Shown piece after piece: positions 1 to 9,392 of a stretch of 39,418 bases of DNA. The position numbers and the translations under genes are program-made. The notes under the pieces are model-generated. The model saw only the letters and a list, made by a program, of their open reading frames with translations. It was not told where the DNA came from and made no database searches. Position 1 is the stretch's first letter. Each line of letters starts with the position of its first letter. Origin of the DNA: an uncultured virus (IMG/VR IMGVR_UViG_3300012954_000006) (Duplodnaviria; Heunggongvirae; Uroviricota; Caudoviricetes); IMG/VR virus record IMGVR_UViG_3300012954_000006; one strand, written 5' to 3'.

Positions 1-2892
1 GACTTCGCCTAAAGCAGTAATAATTTGATAGCTGACATCTCCTCCTGTATATAACTGCCCATCACACAACACATGAGCAACTACATCAGCGATATCACCT
101 ACACAGTTTTGCTCAACAAGCACCAACTCATAGTCATTTTCGCACTCCTCGCTACAAGGCTCACAGTCCGAAGGTTCGCAGGGGTCACAACAAAACACAT
201 CTACTGGTGCCGAGGTTTTCCAGTCCGAGTATAAGATGTTACCATCACTATCAATGCCACACACAGAACGCACTCTAATAACATATACTGTACAGCCTAA
301 TAGAATATTGGGGTCAATATACAAATCTACTTCATCATTGTCGCCTATATTGATAGTAGGTGTAAGATAATCCTGCCATGATAACGCATTTCCAGCAGCA
401 GGGCGATATTGTACCTCAAAGTTTTGCGAGATGCTTTGGGCGTTAAAACGTAAATTAACCCCCCCTTGTCTATCAGCCGTGGCGACTGTATCGCTAGGAC
501 TTTGGCACGCACATTGTTTAACAATAGTGAAATTCTTTTTTTTGACACAGCCCCCACTCTCAACAGTTACAGTATATACATTCGGAGACAACTCTAAGCC
601 TACAATAGCAGGAGCGGGGTCAGTAGGTGTGCTACTAACAGCAGCCATAATGATGTTAAAGTCCGTGCTAGTGACAGTAATGCTATACCCCCCTACATTG
701 CCTACAATATCAGTTATATTAGCTGTACCTACCTTAGCATCGCAAGGAGCGTTAGTTGTAGCAATTGAAAAATCTAAATCTGCACACGCATCGCCACAAT
801 CAAAACATATCTTGCGATATGCTACTCGCACCTCATCATCACAGCCTTTTAACACTTGCACTACATACAAACACTCATTGATAATGTCGCTATACAATAT
901 ATCAAAAGGAGCTAAAGGCGTAACAGGTGTGACTAGTTGTGGAAATATCTGTAATTCAAATTCTTCAAATGAATCGGTGTTTGCTCCATACCCTACAAAA
1001 AAATTGTTGCCTGTAATTTGCGAGCCTCCTAAACTATTATCTATAATAGTAAAACTTTGCCCCACAACGCCTGCACTTTGGTCTATACACGAGATAGCAA
1101 GATTAATAACCGCATCCTGTGCTGGCACATTAACAACTTGCGATAGTTCCCTAATAATACAATGCCCATTGTACTCAAAACTGACTTTCACAACCACCGT
1201 TACCGATTCTGCATAATCCAAGTTCATGATACTGTTGTTAGCTAAGACAGTATGATTGTCATTAAGGTGGTGTTGGATGAGTATATTGGTGCCGCCAAGT
1301 AATAATATTTCAGAAACAATACTAGCAATAGAAGTAGCTAGTGACCATGTTCTATTGACGGTATCTAAGACGACCTGCCCAAACACAACAGTCTGTGAAA
1401 AATCAGCACAATAATCAGGTTCTTCAATAGATGCAGCCGTTAAATTAAAGCCTGCTTTAATTAAGCAAGTTCCAAAATTGAGTGGTTTAATAGTAATCAA
1501 CTCGCAATTGTCAGGCAAGGTAACCACTAATCTCACAAAGCCATTGAAGGTAGAGTACTGCCCAGTAAACAGGGTGGCTTGTGAATTATTACCACCAAAA
1601 GACTGCCACGGCGATGTTAAAGAGGTCGTATAACTCCATTCGTATGTTAAAGTAGGTAGGAACTCATTACTAAAATTGGTTTGGAATATTAATGCTCGAG
1701 AGGGTTCGCTTGGCTCAAAGTCATTCAAAAAACACTGCATGGTAAAATCCAAAGGATTGCCTAATATATTGGTCTTGACGAAATACTCTATATAATCAAT
1801 AGTATTGCTACATGGATTATCACTAGGCAGTAAAGGAGCAAAAACATTATCCTCTTGTATATAGGCATTATAACCTACTACGGAACTCTCTAGTAGCTCA
1901 AACTCACTTAAAACAAGATTGTTGTATATTGTACCATCTTGCAGCACCAAGTTGGCACACCAACTACCTGTTAGTGTTGTTCCTTTAGGCACACAGAGAA
2001 AACTATATAGCGATTGACGAATGCAAGCACTCAAATGAATATAGTGTGATGGCATATAAGTCATAAACTTGGTAGGAATAATATCTCCATAGTCACAGTT
2101 ACAAATATACGATAAGCTGCTGTGCCAGCAGGCGTTATTTACGGCATTGATAATCTGAAAACGGATGCCACTAGGCTGTATATCACTTTCTATTGTTCTG
2201 CCATTAGCCAACCTCCAGCTATATGAAGCTCGAACCTCTATGCAACAAGTAGCATCCTTTAACACTACGAATCCATTATCTTCTATTGGAGTGCAAGTAA
2301 ATAGTTTCTGTAAAATGCCTTGCAAAGCGACAGTAAACTTGTTTTCACCGTGTTCATTAATGATGGGTCTTACTCCATTTAGTTTTTGCAGCAGTAGCGT
2401 ATGTCCGTTCTTTACTTGATATAGATAGTAGTTTACCTTATAGTTATTCCGTAATCTACCATCACTACCTTGCTGATAAGTATTAATCGTGATAGTATCA
2501 CTCGTAGTATCAATATTCAATGTCACATCATTAACACCTTCATTGACGGCCTCTATACATATTACGGTGTCATTTTCTGGGTTGACATAGATATTATATT
2601 CTAGTAAGCTAGGATTGCTGCTTAGTTTCTGTATGATGTTCTGTATTTGGCTATCTATATCTGTGCCAACTATTATGCCCTCTTGCTCTTGAAAATCGCC
2701 AAAGGTATAAGTCATTCCTGCGATAGTCAGCGTATCTCCAAAATCAGCAATGCCTATCACTCTAATTTGTGCTTTTTCTCTTACAGGGTCTTCAAGAAAT
2801 AGGTTGTTGCTACTGACGCATACTTCTAAGCATTCATCAAAAGGAGAGTGGAGGCAAGCATCTGGATAATCTATAAAATTTAATAATGGCAT
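1..2892 (-). CDS. Large Cys-rich protein with fibronectin type III/Ig-like domains, 3'-truncated by window edge; possible virion/tail or adhesin protein
   Basis: ATG at 2892 (MPLLNFIDYPDACLHSPF...); frame open to position 1 (>=964 codons), so absent from the ORF track. FN3-like segment FEVQYRPAAGNALSW...YVIRVRSVCG...YSDW at ~200-500, then CCDPCEPSDCEPC. Promoter directly upstream. Confidence 0.85.
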   Translation of the reverse strand, partial: MPLLNFIDYPDACLHSPFDECLEVCVSSNNLFLEDPVREKAQIRVIGIADFGDTLTIAGMTYTFGDFQEQEGIIVGTDIDSQIQNIIQKLSSNPSLLEYNIYVNPENDTVICIEAVNEGVNDVTLNIDTTSDTITINTYQQGSDGRLRNNYKVNYYLYQVKNGHTLLLQKLNGVRPIINEHGENKFTVALQGILQKLFTCTPIEDNGFVVLKDATCCIEVRASYSWRLANGRTIESDIQPSGIRFQIINAVNNACWHSSLSYICNCDYGDIIPTKFMTYMPSHYIHLSACIRQSLYSFLCVPKGTTLTGSWCANLVLQDGTIYNNLVLSEFELLESSVVGYNAYIQEDNVFAPLLPSDNPCSNTIDYIEYFVKTNILGNPLDFTMQCFLNDFEPSEPSRALIFQTNFSNEFLPTLTYEWSYTTSLTSPWQSFGGNNSQATLFTGQYSTFNGFVRLVVTLPDNCELITIKPLNFGTCLIKAGFNLTAASIEEPDYCADFSQTVVFGQVVLDTVNRTWSLATSIASIVSEILLLGGTNILIQHHLNDNHTVLANNSIMNLDYAESVTVVVKVSFEYNGHCIIRELSQVVNVPAQDAVINLAISCIDQSAGVVGQSFTIIDNSLGGSQITGNNFFVGYGANTDSFEEFELQIFPQLVTPVTPLAPFDILYSDIINECLYVVQVLKGCDDEVRVAYRKICFDCGDACADLDFSIATTNAPCDAKVGTANITDIVGNVGGYSITVTSTDFNIIMAAVSSTPTDPAPAIVGLELSPNVYTVTVESGGCVKKKNFTIVKQCACQSPSDTVATADRQGGVNLRFNAQSISQNFEVQYRPAAGNALSWQDYLTPTINIGDNDEVDLYIDPNILLGCTVYVIRVRSVCGIDSDGNILYSDWKTSAPVDVFCCDPCEPSDCEPCSEECENDYELVLVEQNCVGDIADVVAHVLCDGQLYTGGDVSYQIITALGEV

Positions 2893-2917
2893 ATTTAATA
2901 CAGTCTTTTTAGGTAGG

Positions 2918-2949
2918 CAAAAATAAGTATATTTGATGTATTATGCAAA
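2918..2949 (-). promoter_or_regulatory. Bacteroidota housekeeping-sigma promoter
   Basis: TTTG-N20-TATTTTTG upstream of ATG 2892. Confidence 0.7.
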
Positions 2950-2985
2950 AAAGCACAATAACAGTAATGTTGCTGCTATTGTGCT
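2947..2985 (-). terminator. Intrinsic terminator
   Basis: AGCACAATA...TATTGTGCT stem followed by T-run on minus strand. Confidence 0.7.
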
Positions 2986-3056
2986 GGTGTACGAAGTAGC
3001 TATTTATTGAAGTGAAAGCTTTTGTGCTAAGAAAATCAAGATATGACACTAAAAAC

Positions 3057-3104
3057 TTCTGTGTTCTATAAATAGAACAAGCGTTCTAAAAGTAGAACAC
3101 AGAA
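3057..3104. repeat. Palindromic repeat family A, copy 1
   Basis: TTCTGT-GTTCTA-TAAA-TAGAAC-AAGC-GTTCTA-AAAG-TAGAAC-ACAGAA; near-identical to 3426-3473. Confidence 0.9.
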
Positions 3105-3126
3105 AATAATTTACCTTTTGGACTAA

Positions 3127-3396
3127 TTAATCTATTTCAGCACATTCAAATTTATCTAAAATGTCTTTAATGTTTATTGTAAACAAATACCCATTGTATT
3201 TAAAGCAACGCTGCCCTTTAACCATCTTATCAAAAACCATTCTATATTCTATCAACGCATCTAAAGTAATTACTTTAGTCCTGATAACATTTCTTAGTCC
3301 TTGATTTAACTTCAAATCTACTGTGTTTTTGAAGCACTCGCTTTTTTATTTGGAAGATAGTGATGAGTAATACCTGTTTTTAGTTTCTTTTGACAT
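3127..3396 (-). pseudogene. Small hypothetical gene with one in-frame TAA (3346-3348), bracketed by repeat A copies
   Basis: MSKETKNRYYSSLSSK*KSECFKNTVDLKLNQG... continues in frame into ORF 3127..3315. Confidence 0.55.
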
Positions 3397-3420
3397 TGTT
3401 TTGTTTATTGATTGTACCTA

Positions 3421-3478
3421 AAGATTTCTGTGTTCTATAAATAGAATAAGAGTTCTAAAAGTAGAACACAGAAATCTT
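3421..3478. repeat. Palindromic repeat family A, copy 2
   Basis: AAGATTTCTGTGTTCTA...TAGAACACAGAAATCTT, abutting the stop of the upstream gene. Confidence 0.9.
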
Positions 3479-3882
3479 TAATAGAAAGCCACGACATATT
3501 GAACATCCTGCACCCCTTCCCAAGCACAGTTATCAGATTGTTGAGTAAACTCATCAAAAAAGCTACCTCTAAAAGCGGGCATGTAATTATCTATATAGTG
3601 TCCAAATTTTTCATCTATCCAGTTATGCAATATTTTTATTTCAGCACTATTTAGATACGTCACGCCAAAAGACTCTTGCTCATGGTGCAAAATCCATCTC
3701 GTTAGAAATGACGTTTCAACAGGCAGTCCTCGACTTGACATATTTTCATGTATCAAAGTAATATCATCAACTTGTGCTATCTTCTTAAAAATCTGATAGT
3801 TTCGTTTAGGATAAGCAGTAGCATAGTGATGAAACTGACCGTTTATCTTTACTTCTGCATGAATTTGAATATTTAATCCCAT
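3478..3882 (-). CDS. Hypothetical phage protein
   Basis: Likely start MGLNIQIHAEVKING; RNY and RGLP motifs resemble common phage hypotheticals. Confidence 0.7.
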   Translation of the reverse strand: MGLNIQIHAEVKINGQFHHYATAYPKRNYQIFKKIAQVDDITLIHENMSSRGLPVETSFLTRWILHHEQESFGVTYLNSAEIKILHNWIDEKFGHYIDNYMPAFRGSFFDEFTQQSDNCAWEGVQDVQYVVAFY

Positions 3883-3899
3883 TGGTGTATTTGTTTTTA

Positions 3900-4490
3900 C
3901 TATTGCGTGAGTAACTTTATTTCTTGAACTAGCTGTTGTAGTCTTCGCATTTCTTGCCAAACTTCAATAAATTCAAAATCTCTCTTTTTCCATATAGGAA
4001 TATATGTCTTTGTTTCTTGGCAAAAGTAATGGTCGCCTGCTTCAAGCTGATGTTGCTTATGGTCGCTTATCTTTTCTGCAATGTGCTTTATTGTTGCTTG
4101 TTTTTCCATACTTACATTGTTGCATGTCCAGCCATATCCAGCACTAAAGCAATTATCGTGAATCCATTGACTTAGTGCCAAGCGTTCAAGTGTTTTACGT
4201 TCATATTCAGTAGCATCATTATGAATTTCCACATCTATCAAATCATTCTCTTTAAAGCCTTCAGTAGTAAATGAAATAACCATTTGATGAACAGTAGTGC
4301 CTTTTCTTTTAGGCACTATACCACTATGAATATCATCAAGTCTGCGTAACTCTCTGATAAATTCAGCAGTTAATTCTATTTCTTTATCAAAGAGTTTCAT
4401 ATCTTCTGGATTACCCCAATCGGTAATCTCCGCTCTATTATCTTTTAAGACCTTGAGCCTGTCTGTGTATTTTTTAATCAAGTTCTTCAT
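3900..4490 (-). CDS. Hypothetical protein
   Basis: 196 aa ORF in packed operon. Confidence 0.75.
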   Translation of the reverse strand: MKNLIKKYTDRLKVLKDNRAEITDWGNPEDMKLFDKEIELTAEFIRELRRLDDIHSGIVPKRKGTTVHQMVISFTTEGFKENDLIDVEIHNDATEYERKTLERLALSQWIHDNCFSAGYGWTCNNVSMEKQATIKHIAEKISDHKQHQLEAGDHYFCQETKTYIPIWKKRDFEFIEVWQEMRRLQQLVQEIKLLTQ

Positions 4491-4854
4491 AGCTTATTAT
4501 TTTCTCTAAATTGTCCAATATATTGTAGGCTTGGCATTTCAGCAGTTGGTTGTATATTTGAAAACACAATATACTATAACCACTCACATCTCTAATATCT
4601 TCTGTAAGACTAGCATCATATACATTGGTATGAATAAAGTCCAAGTCACTTAGTATTTGAATACGGCAAGCATTTACCAAAGCATCAATGATACCTTTTT
4701 CCTTTGATGTAATGATACCTTGTAGGTCATCATCACTTAGCTCATATTCTAAAAATCCACTTCCTTTTTGAGTAATGGTTAGTGATTTTTCTTTCGCATC
4801 TATTACATAGCTAAGACGATAATGCTTAAATACATCTTTTAGTTTTACAAACAT
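4474..4854 (-). CDS. Hypothetical protein
   Basis: 126 aa ORF in operon. Confidence 0.7.
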   Translation of the reverse strand: MFVKLKDVFKHYRLSYVIDAKEKSLTITQKGSGFLEYELSDDDLQGIITSKEKGIIDALVNACRIQILSDLDFIHTNVYDASLTEDIRDVSGYSILCFQIYNQLLKCQAYNILDNLEKIISYEELD

Positions 4855-4860
4855 AATTAT

Positions 4861-5272
4861 CTAATCTTCGTTTAAGTATAACTCATATTTATCCGCAACA
4901 GCTTGTAATGTGCTACGGACTTCATTTACCACGTTTTCATATTCGAGTGCTACATTCTTTTTTTGTCATAAAAAAGATTTCCCAAAGCCAGCCTCGCAAC
5001 TCGCTTAATGTTTCAAAGTCCGACATGATGTCTAGCTGGTTTTCACATCAAATTCTTAGTTTCATTAAATCAGTTATTTTTTGTTTAAACATATCTATAT
5101 CAGAATAGGATATGGTCATAAGATAAGAGAGTTCTGAATCTACTAATCCTGAATCTACTAAAATGTTTGTGTCCATTTTTTCTCCACCAATCACTTCTAT
5201 TGCAAAAAAGAATAGCGTGTCGCAACATTGCCATGTCTCTCCAATATATGACTTTACTGTTTCTTTTATCAT
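4861..5272 (-). pseudogene. Hypothetical gene interrupted by TGA (5048-5050) and a homopolymer frameshift near 4970
   Basis: ...LMKLRI*CENQLDIMSDFETLSELRGWLWEIF then another frame YDKKKNVALEYENVVNEVRSTLQAVADKYELYLNED* fills the gap. Confidence 0.55.
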
Positions 5273-5329
5273 TTTGTTTTATTTTTTAAAGTACCTACTC
5301 TATTTTTTAAAACGCTTTTCGGCTACCTC

Positions 5330-5356
5330 TTTTTATTTGTCTCAAATTTAAGTTTA
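5330..5356 (-). promoter_or_regulatory. Putative promoter (-7 box TAAATTTG), motif shared with 34166-34192
   Basis: tttttatt[t/g]gtctcaaatttaag[t/g]tta occurs at both sites, each upstream of a gene. Confidence 0.55.
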
Positions 5357-5869
5357 AAGTAAAGAGACAAGATATGCTATATCTATCCCATCGCTATAAT
5401 AAAAATGTTTGATTTTTGATTGACTATCATCTTTAGCAAAGCACATATAGGTCACATCACAGTCCTCATCAATAGCTAAATTATTAAAACAGCCACTATG
5501 TTTTCGCCATATTACAATTTGCTCGTCAGATGTACCTTTAATGCAGACATTATATTTTTCTACGGAAATAGCATATCGCAATACATCATTCACAAACCCA
5601 ATAATACACTCCTCATCTTCAAAGTGGTAGTTACAGCACAATTGCCACACCTTAGCCAAACTCTGTTCCATAAATATTTCTATGAGTTGATTAGCGTTAG
5701 TCATATTATGTAGATTTGGCAATGGCTCAACTATTGTATTATTGCCATTGAGATATACAACAATTCCATTATTTAACTCGATGGCATGGTCGCAATTAGG
5801 CTTGCTAATAGGCTTTAGTCCATACAATTTAGCCAGTTCATCTGCTAACCCATTAATATTCTTTTTCAC
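5354..5869 (-). CDS. Hypothetical protein
   Basis: 171 aa ORF, start uncertain. Confidence 0.65.
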   Translation of the reverse strand: MKKNINGLADELAKLYGLKPISKPNCDHAIELNNGIVVYLNGNNTIVEPLPNLHNMTNANQLIEIFMEQSLAKVWQLCCNYHFEDEECIIGFVNDVLRYAISVEKYNVCIKGTSDEQIVIWRKHSGCFNNLAIDEDCDVTYMCFAKDDSQSKIKHFYYSDGIDIAYLVSLL

Positions 5870-5956
5870 AGTCTATTTTTATGACGCATAACCACTATAA
5901 CATTTCATGTAAGCACTTGCACATCTAACTTAACTTATTTAATGATAGTCTGCTTT

Positions 5957-6409
5957 TTAATTATTACAGCAATCATTTAGACTATCTATAATGTCGTTAT
6001 AGACAAAATAAGACAAATCTTTGCTTGCTTGCTGCTGATTTAGATTAATCCCAGATAATATTTTGGCGGCAATACTTTTAGATGACCTTGAACTTGTTAT
6101 GCTATTAGAAATATACTTAGCTATCGACATGGCAAAAAATTTCTCTTGAAGTTTCCAAAAAGGTTTAGATACTACAACCTGATAATCGTCATCAAAGAGT
6201 TTGAAGAAATAAAAAACAAGATAACGCTTATCCTTAGCAGCTATTGAAACACAAAGTCTTTCTTTGTCAGAACTATTGAATGCCTGTAAAGACTCCATTA
6301 ATTTGTTTTTTTCGCTGGGCAATATTATTTGTTTTGCAAGAATACCCTGCATCTTTTTTATATTCTCTTTTCCTTGTAAGTGAAACTGTATTCCATCTGT
6401 TACTTTCAT
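5957..6409 (-). CDS. Hypothetical protein
   Basis: 150 aa ORF, 4-bp overlap with upstream gene. Confidence 0.7.
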   Translation of the reverse strand: MKVTDGIQFHLQGKENIKKMQGILAKQIILPSEKNKLMESLQAFNSSDKERLCVSIAAKDKRYLVFYFFKLFDDDYQVVVSKPFWKLQEKFFAMSIAKYISNSITSSRSSKSIAAKILSGINLNQQQASKDLSYFVYNDIIDSLNDCCNN

Positions 6410-6936
6410 AATGTGACTACTTTTCTGATAGTGATTTTAAACCTGCCATCAAACAAGTCATGGATAGCAGTATGAATTTGATTACTGTTTGTATCTGTAA
6501 TGCCTTCAAGGTTTGATGTATGGCTCAATATTACATTATTTAAACTTGTCGGAAACAAAGTTGTATCATGCTTTTTGATGCTCTCGAGAATTGCTGCTAT
6601 TGGTGTTACTTGACAGCTATCATAATTGTATTCTAGCTGGGTATTAGCATCATATACTACCACACCATATTTAACCTTGTTTGTTTTTTGATAAGCCAAA
6701 CGCTCATGCAACTCCAAAGCGATTAAGGCAACTGTCTCGTACACTTGTGTAAGCGTGGGTGTGCTATCTGGATAAAGCTGTTGACAAATGGCATATATAT
6801 TGCTACCACCCGAAATAGCTTTATTTTCATACTCATTTAATATAATACTTATATCTGATAAGCTTAGATTTTTTATGATATTTGGTATTATCATTTTTAT
6901 TTTTTGTAAAGATACTATTTTTCTTTGATTTTTCAT
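6406..6936 (-). CDS. Hypothetical protein
   Basis: 176 aa ORF. Confidence 0.7.
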   Translation of the reverse strand: MKNQRKIVSLQKIKMIIPNIIKNLSLSDISIILNEYENKAISGGSNIYAICQQLYPDSTPTLTQVYETVALIALELHERLAYQKTNKVKYGVVVYDANTQLEYNYDSCQVTPIAAILESIKKHDTTLFPTSLNNVILSHTSNLEGITDTNSNQIHTAIHDLFDGRFKITIRKVVTL

Positions 6937-6981
6937 ATTTTTTAGTCAAAAAGTGGGATTAAAAAGTAGTGAAATTTTTAC

Positions 6982-6989
6982 TATCTTTG
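6982..6989 (+). promoter_or_regulatory. -7 promoter box for the terminase-like gene
   Basis: TATCTTTG 14 bp before ATG 7003; no clear -33 box. Confidence 0.45.
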
Positions 6990-7002
6990 TAATAAAAAAG
7001 AT

Positions 7003-7821
7003 ATGACTAACAAAAATCTACCCTTAATAGAATTTTGCAATATTGTAATGCCTGACTATCAGGCTACATGGTTTCATAAACTGATTGCTTCCAAACTAGA
7101 AACCTTTTTAAAAGATGATATTAAACACCTTATTATTAATCTACCTCCTCGTCATGGCACTACGGAGTTGTGTGTGCGAAAATTTATTCCCTACGCCATT
7201 GATACACAATCGCCTATTCGCATCAATTTTCGCTCCTACAACCGATGTCTTACAGATTCAATAATGCGTGACTTGTTTCGGCATTATGTTAGTCGTTATA
7301 AATATACATTTGGCTTACCTAACTGTGTAATAACTGAAGGTGTAGGAAGTCCAACAAATATTCTTTTTAGAAATGGCTCTAATATTAGTGATGATATATC
7401 CATTGAGACAGATGCTGATATTTATATTTATGATAGCATCGAAAGCAGAAAAGTGTCATTAGACTATATTTATGAGCCTGTGAAATGCAATACGATTTTA
7501 GAATCAGCAAAGTAAGGGAAAGTCTTATTTCTTAGCCATAGGTATGCATACAATGATTACACTAATAGACTATTGAAATCTAATATAGGAAGTTTGTTTG
7601 AAGTGGTTAGTATTCCTGCTATTAAGACAGCAAATAGCGACTGTAAAGAAGATAATAGAAGTGTGGGTAAGGCATTATGGCATAACAGAGATAGCCTTTC
7701 ATATTTGTTGCAATTAAAAAACGAGGACTTGGCACTATTTGAAACCTTTTATCAACAGCAGCCAATGAGCCAAATTGATTTGGAGCGATTGGATGAGTTG
7801 AAACAGAAAATGAAACTGTAA
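7003..7821 (+). pseudogene. Degenerate terminase large subunit ATPase domain only, split by in-frame TAA at 7513-7515
   Basis: YQATWFHKLIASKLE...LIINLPPRHGTTE (canonical PPRHGKS/T); frame continues *GKVLFLSHRYAYNDYTNRLL...FEVVSIPAI...GKALWHNRDSL...FETFYQQQP; stops before any nuclease domain. Confidence 0.75.
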
Positions 7822-7827
7822 AAAAAT

Positions 7828-7860
7828 AAGGAGTAGTAATCAATTTGAATACTACTCCTT
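7828..7860. terminator. Bidirectional terminator between convergent genes
   Basis: AAGGAGTAGTA...TACTACTCCTT. Confidence 0.7.
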
Positions 7861-7892
7861 TCACTATTTTTCAACAACCAAAATGCTTTATT

Positions 7893-7994
7893 TTAACCTA
7901 TGGCAAACATCCTCTTTAATGCTGACAAATCATTAATACTAAGTAAGTTTGCTATTCTTTTTATTTTACCTACTGTCCTGTAGGCTGTATCCAT
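7893..7994 (-). CDS. Small hypothetical protein (33 aa)
   Basis: MDTAYRTVGKIKRIANLLSINDLSALKRMFAIG starts 2 bp after the upstream stop. Confidence 0.4.
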   Translation of the reverse strand: MDTAYRTVGKIKRIANLLSINDLSALKRMFAIG

Positions 7995-7996
7995 AC

Positions 7997-8434
7997 TTAA
8001 AACTTTATCCTAAAATCTGTTAAATCATAAGAAAAACTAGCTAAATATTTGCTACCACTCTTTACATAAAAAGCCTTAGCAGTATCTATTACATAAGTTT
8101 TATGTTGTGGCACTTGATAGGCTCGAATCATATTGTATAATTCTTCATTTTCCATCATTATCCCCCATTTAACAAAATGGCCGCTAAAATGTCCATCTAA
8201 ATATCCTATTGTCTTATCTTTATATGAATCCCAATCAGGAGCATCCATAAGTTGTCGGTTTACTACACTAACAGCGTCATATAGTTTTTTTGAAATTTTT
8301 ACTTTTTGAACGTTGCCTTTATCATTTTTAAAGGACATTGTATATACCGCCTTCTTTTTTCCAGAGGAAAAACTAAATGTTGGTACATGAATTACTGCTA
8401 ATACTCCTTCTGATTTGGCACTTAAAACTGACAT
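7997..8434 (-). CDS. Hypothetical protein
   Basis: 145 aa ORF behind promoter cassette. Confidence 0.75.
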   Translation of the reverse strand: MSVLSAKSEGVLAVIHVPTFSFSSGKKKAVYTMSFKNDKGNVQKVKISKKLYDAVSVVNRQLMDAPDWDSYKDKTIGYLDGHFSGHFVKWGIMMENEELYNMIRAYQVPQHKTYVIDTAKAFYVKSGSKYLASFSYDLTDFRIKF

Positions 8435-8600
8435 AGTGGTTTGATTTTTATTTTATTAATAATAGCCTTTCTCTGAAAGGTCTGATGCAAATATAAAGCG
8501 TTTTGTTGGATTTTCCAAATATTTCATAATTATTAACTGCTTTTTTTGATATTTATTTTACATTTTTTTATCCAACATGTATTAAGTGTTGATTATCAAT
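8435..8600 (-). promoter_or_regulatory. Duplicated promoter/leader cassette, copy 1
   Basis: TTTG-N20-TATATTTG (8488-8519) then hairpin CCTTT-CAGAG-AAAGG; block similar to 14903-15070. Confidence 0.85.
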
Positions 8601-8603
8601 AAG

Positions 8604-8634
8604 AAAAGCAGTAACTACTCCAATAGCTACTGCT
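8604..8634 (-). terminator. Intrinsic terminator
   Basis: AGCAGTAGCTA...TAGTTACTGCT-TTT on minus strand. Confidence 0.65.
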
Positions 8635-8666
8635 CTATTTTATACCCAAAAACATTTTACACTTTA

Positions 8667-9308
8667 TTATGACTTATTCTTCAATGTATTTAAGACAAAG
8701 GCTGCTTTACCAAATGTTTTAGTATCAGCATGATAAAACTTATCTTTGGTGAAATGTCTTTTAGCACGAGATTGTAAATCTTCTAGCTCAAAATGATACG
8801 CCTTATTGCCTTTGTTTTTCATGTTGAAATTATCTGCAAACAAGCATGGCAAAAATGTCTGAATATCACAAGGTTTTGCATCTACCGTAACTTGTGTCGT
8901 AACTCCGCACATTTTAAAATATTGATAAAGATAAACGTCTGTAAATTCTTTACAGAAAGATTCTGTTGATGCAAAAAACAACTCGTCAATATGCTTTGTC
9001 AAAAAGCTTTCCTTAAAAAGTTCAAAAGCAAGTATCTTGAGCATATTGGTTTCGTACTTTAACGTTTCAATATCAACATTTAGATAGCAGGGGTTAAAAA
9101 CTGTATCGCCTAGATAATAAATCTCATCAAGCGTTAGCACCTTTTCAGAACCTTTCATTTTTATCTGAACAAAATCATGGATTCTAAAAGTAAATAACTT
9201 GAAACGCTCAAACAATGTTTTAATACGCTTTATTTTAAGGTCATACTTTATTTCCTTTTCAAACCCTAAGTAATAGCTTGTCGCAAATAAATGGTTTTTT
9301 TTATTCAT
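8667..9308 (-). CDS. Hypothetical protein
   Basis: 213 aa ORF. Confidence 0.75.
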   Translation of the reverse strand: MNKKNHLFATSYYLGFEKEIKYDLKIKRIKTLFERFKLFTFRIHDFVQIKMKGSEKVLTLDEIYYLGDTVFNPCYLNVDIETLKYETNMLKILAFELFKESFLTKHIDELFFASTESFCKEFTDVYLYQYFKMCGVTTQVTVDAKPCDIQTFLPCLFADNFNMKNKGNKAYHFELEDLQSRAKRHFTKDKFYHADTKTFGKAAFVLNTLKNKS

Positions 9309-9328
9309 GTTTTTAAATTTAAGTCTTA

Positions 9329-9384
9329 TTTTGCGTAGCGTCAGCAGTAACTATATTTATAGTTGAAAGCGATGCTTCGCAAAA
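9329..9384. repeat. Hairpin repeat family B, copy 1
   Basis: TTTTGCGTAGCGTCAGCAGT-AACTATATTTATAGTT-GAAAGCGATGCTTCGCAAAA; second copy 26284-26335. Confidence 0.9.
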
Positions 9385-9392
9385 AGTTATTA

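Noticed and set aside
431..1216. Plus-strand 261 aa ORF and other plus-strand ORFs (e.g. 2165, 25738, 32654, 38818)
   Set aside because: Antisense shadows of well-supported minus-strand genes.
3075..3086. GAAC-N4-GTTC LexA (Cheo) box
   Set aside because: Gram-positive-type motif in a Bacteroidota context, degenerate in copy 2, and better explained as part of repeat A.
3057..3478. CRISPR array or integron attC interpretation of repeat A
   Set aside because: Only two copies 369 bp apart, no cas or integrase in the window, no RYYYAAC/GTTRRRY ends.
7003..7821. Functional terL / packaging module
   Set aside because: Walker A lysine missing, no nuclease domain, no portal or capsid genes nearby.
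9329..9384. Hammerhead ribozyme or known riboswitch
   Set aside because: Has GAAA but no CUGAnGA core or recognisable aptamer consensus on either strand.
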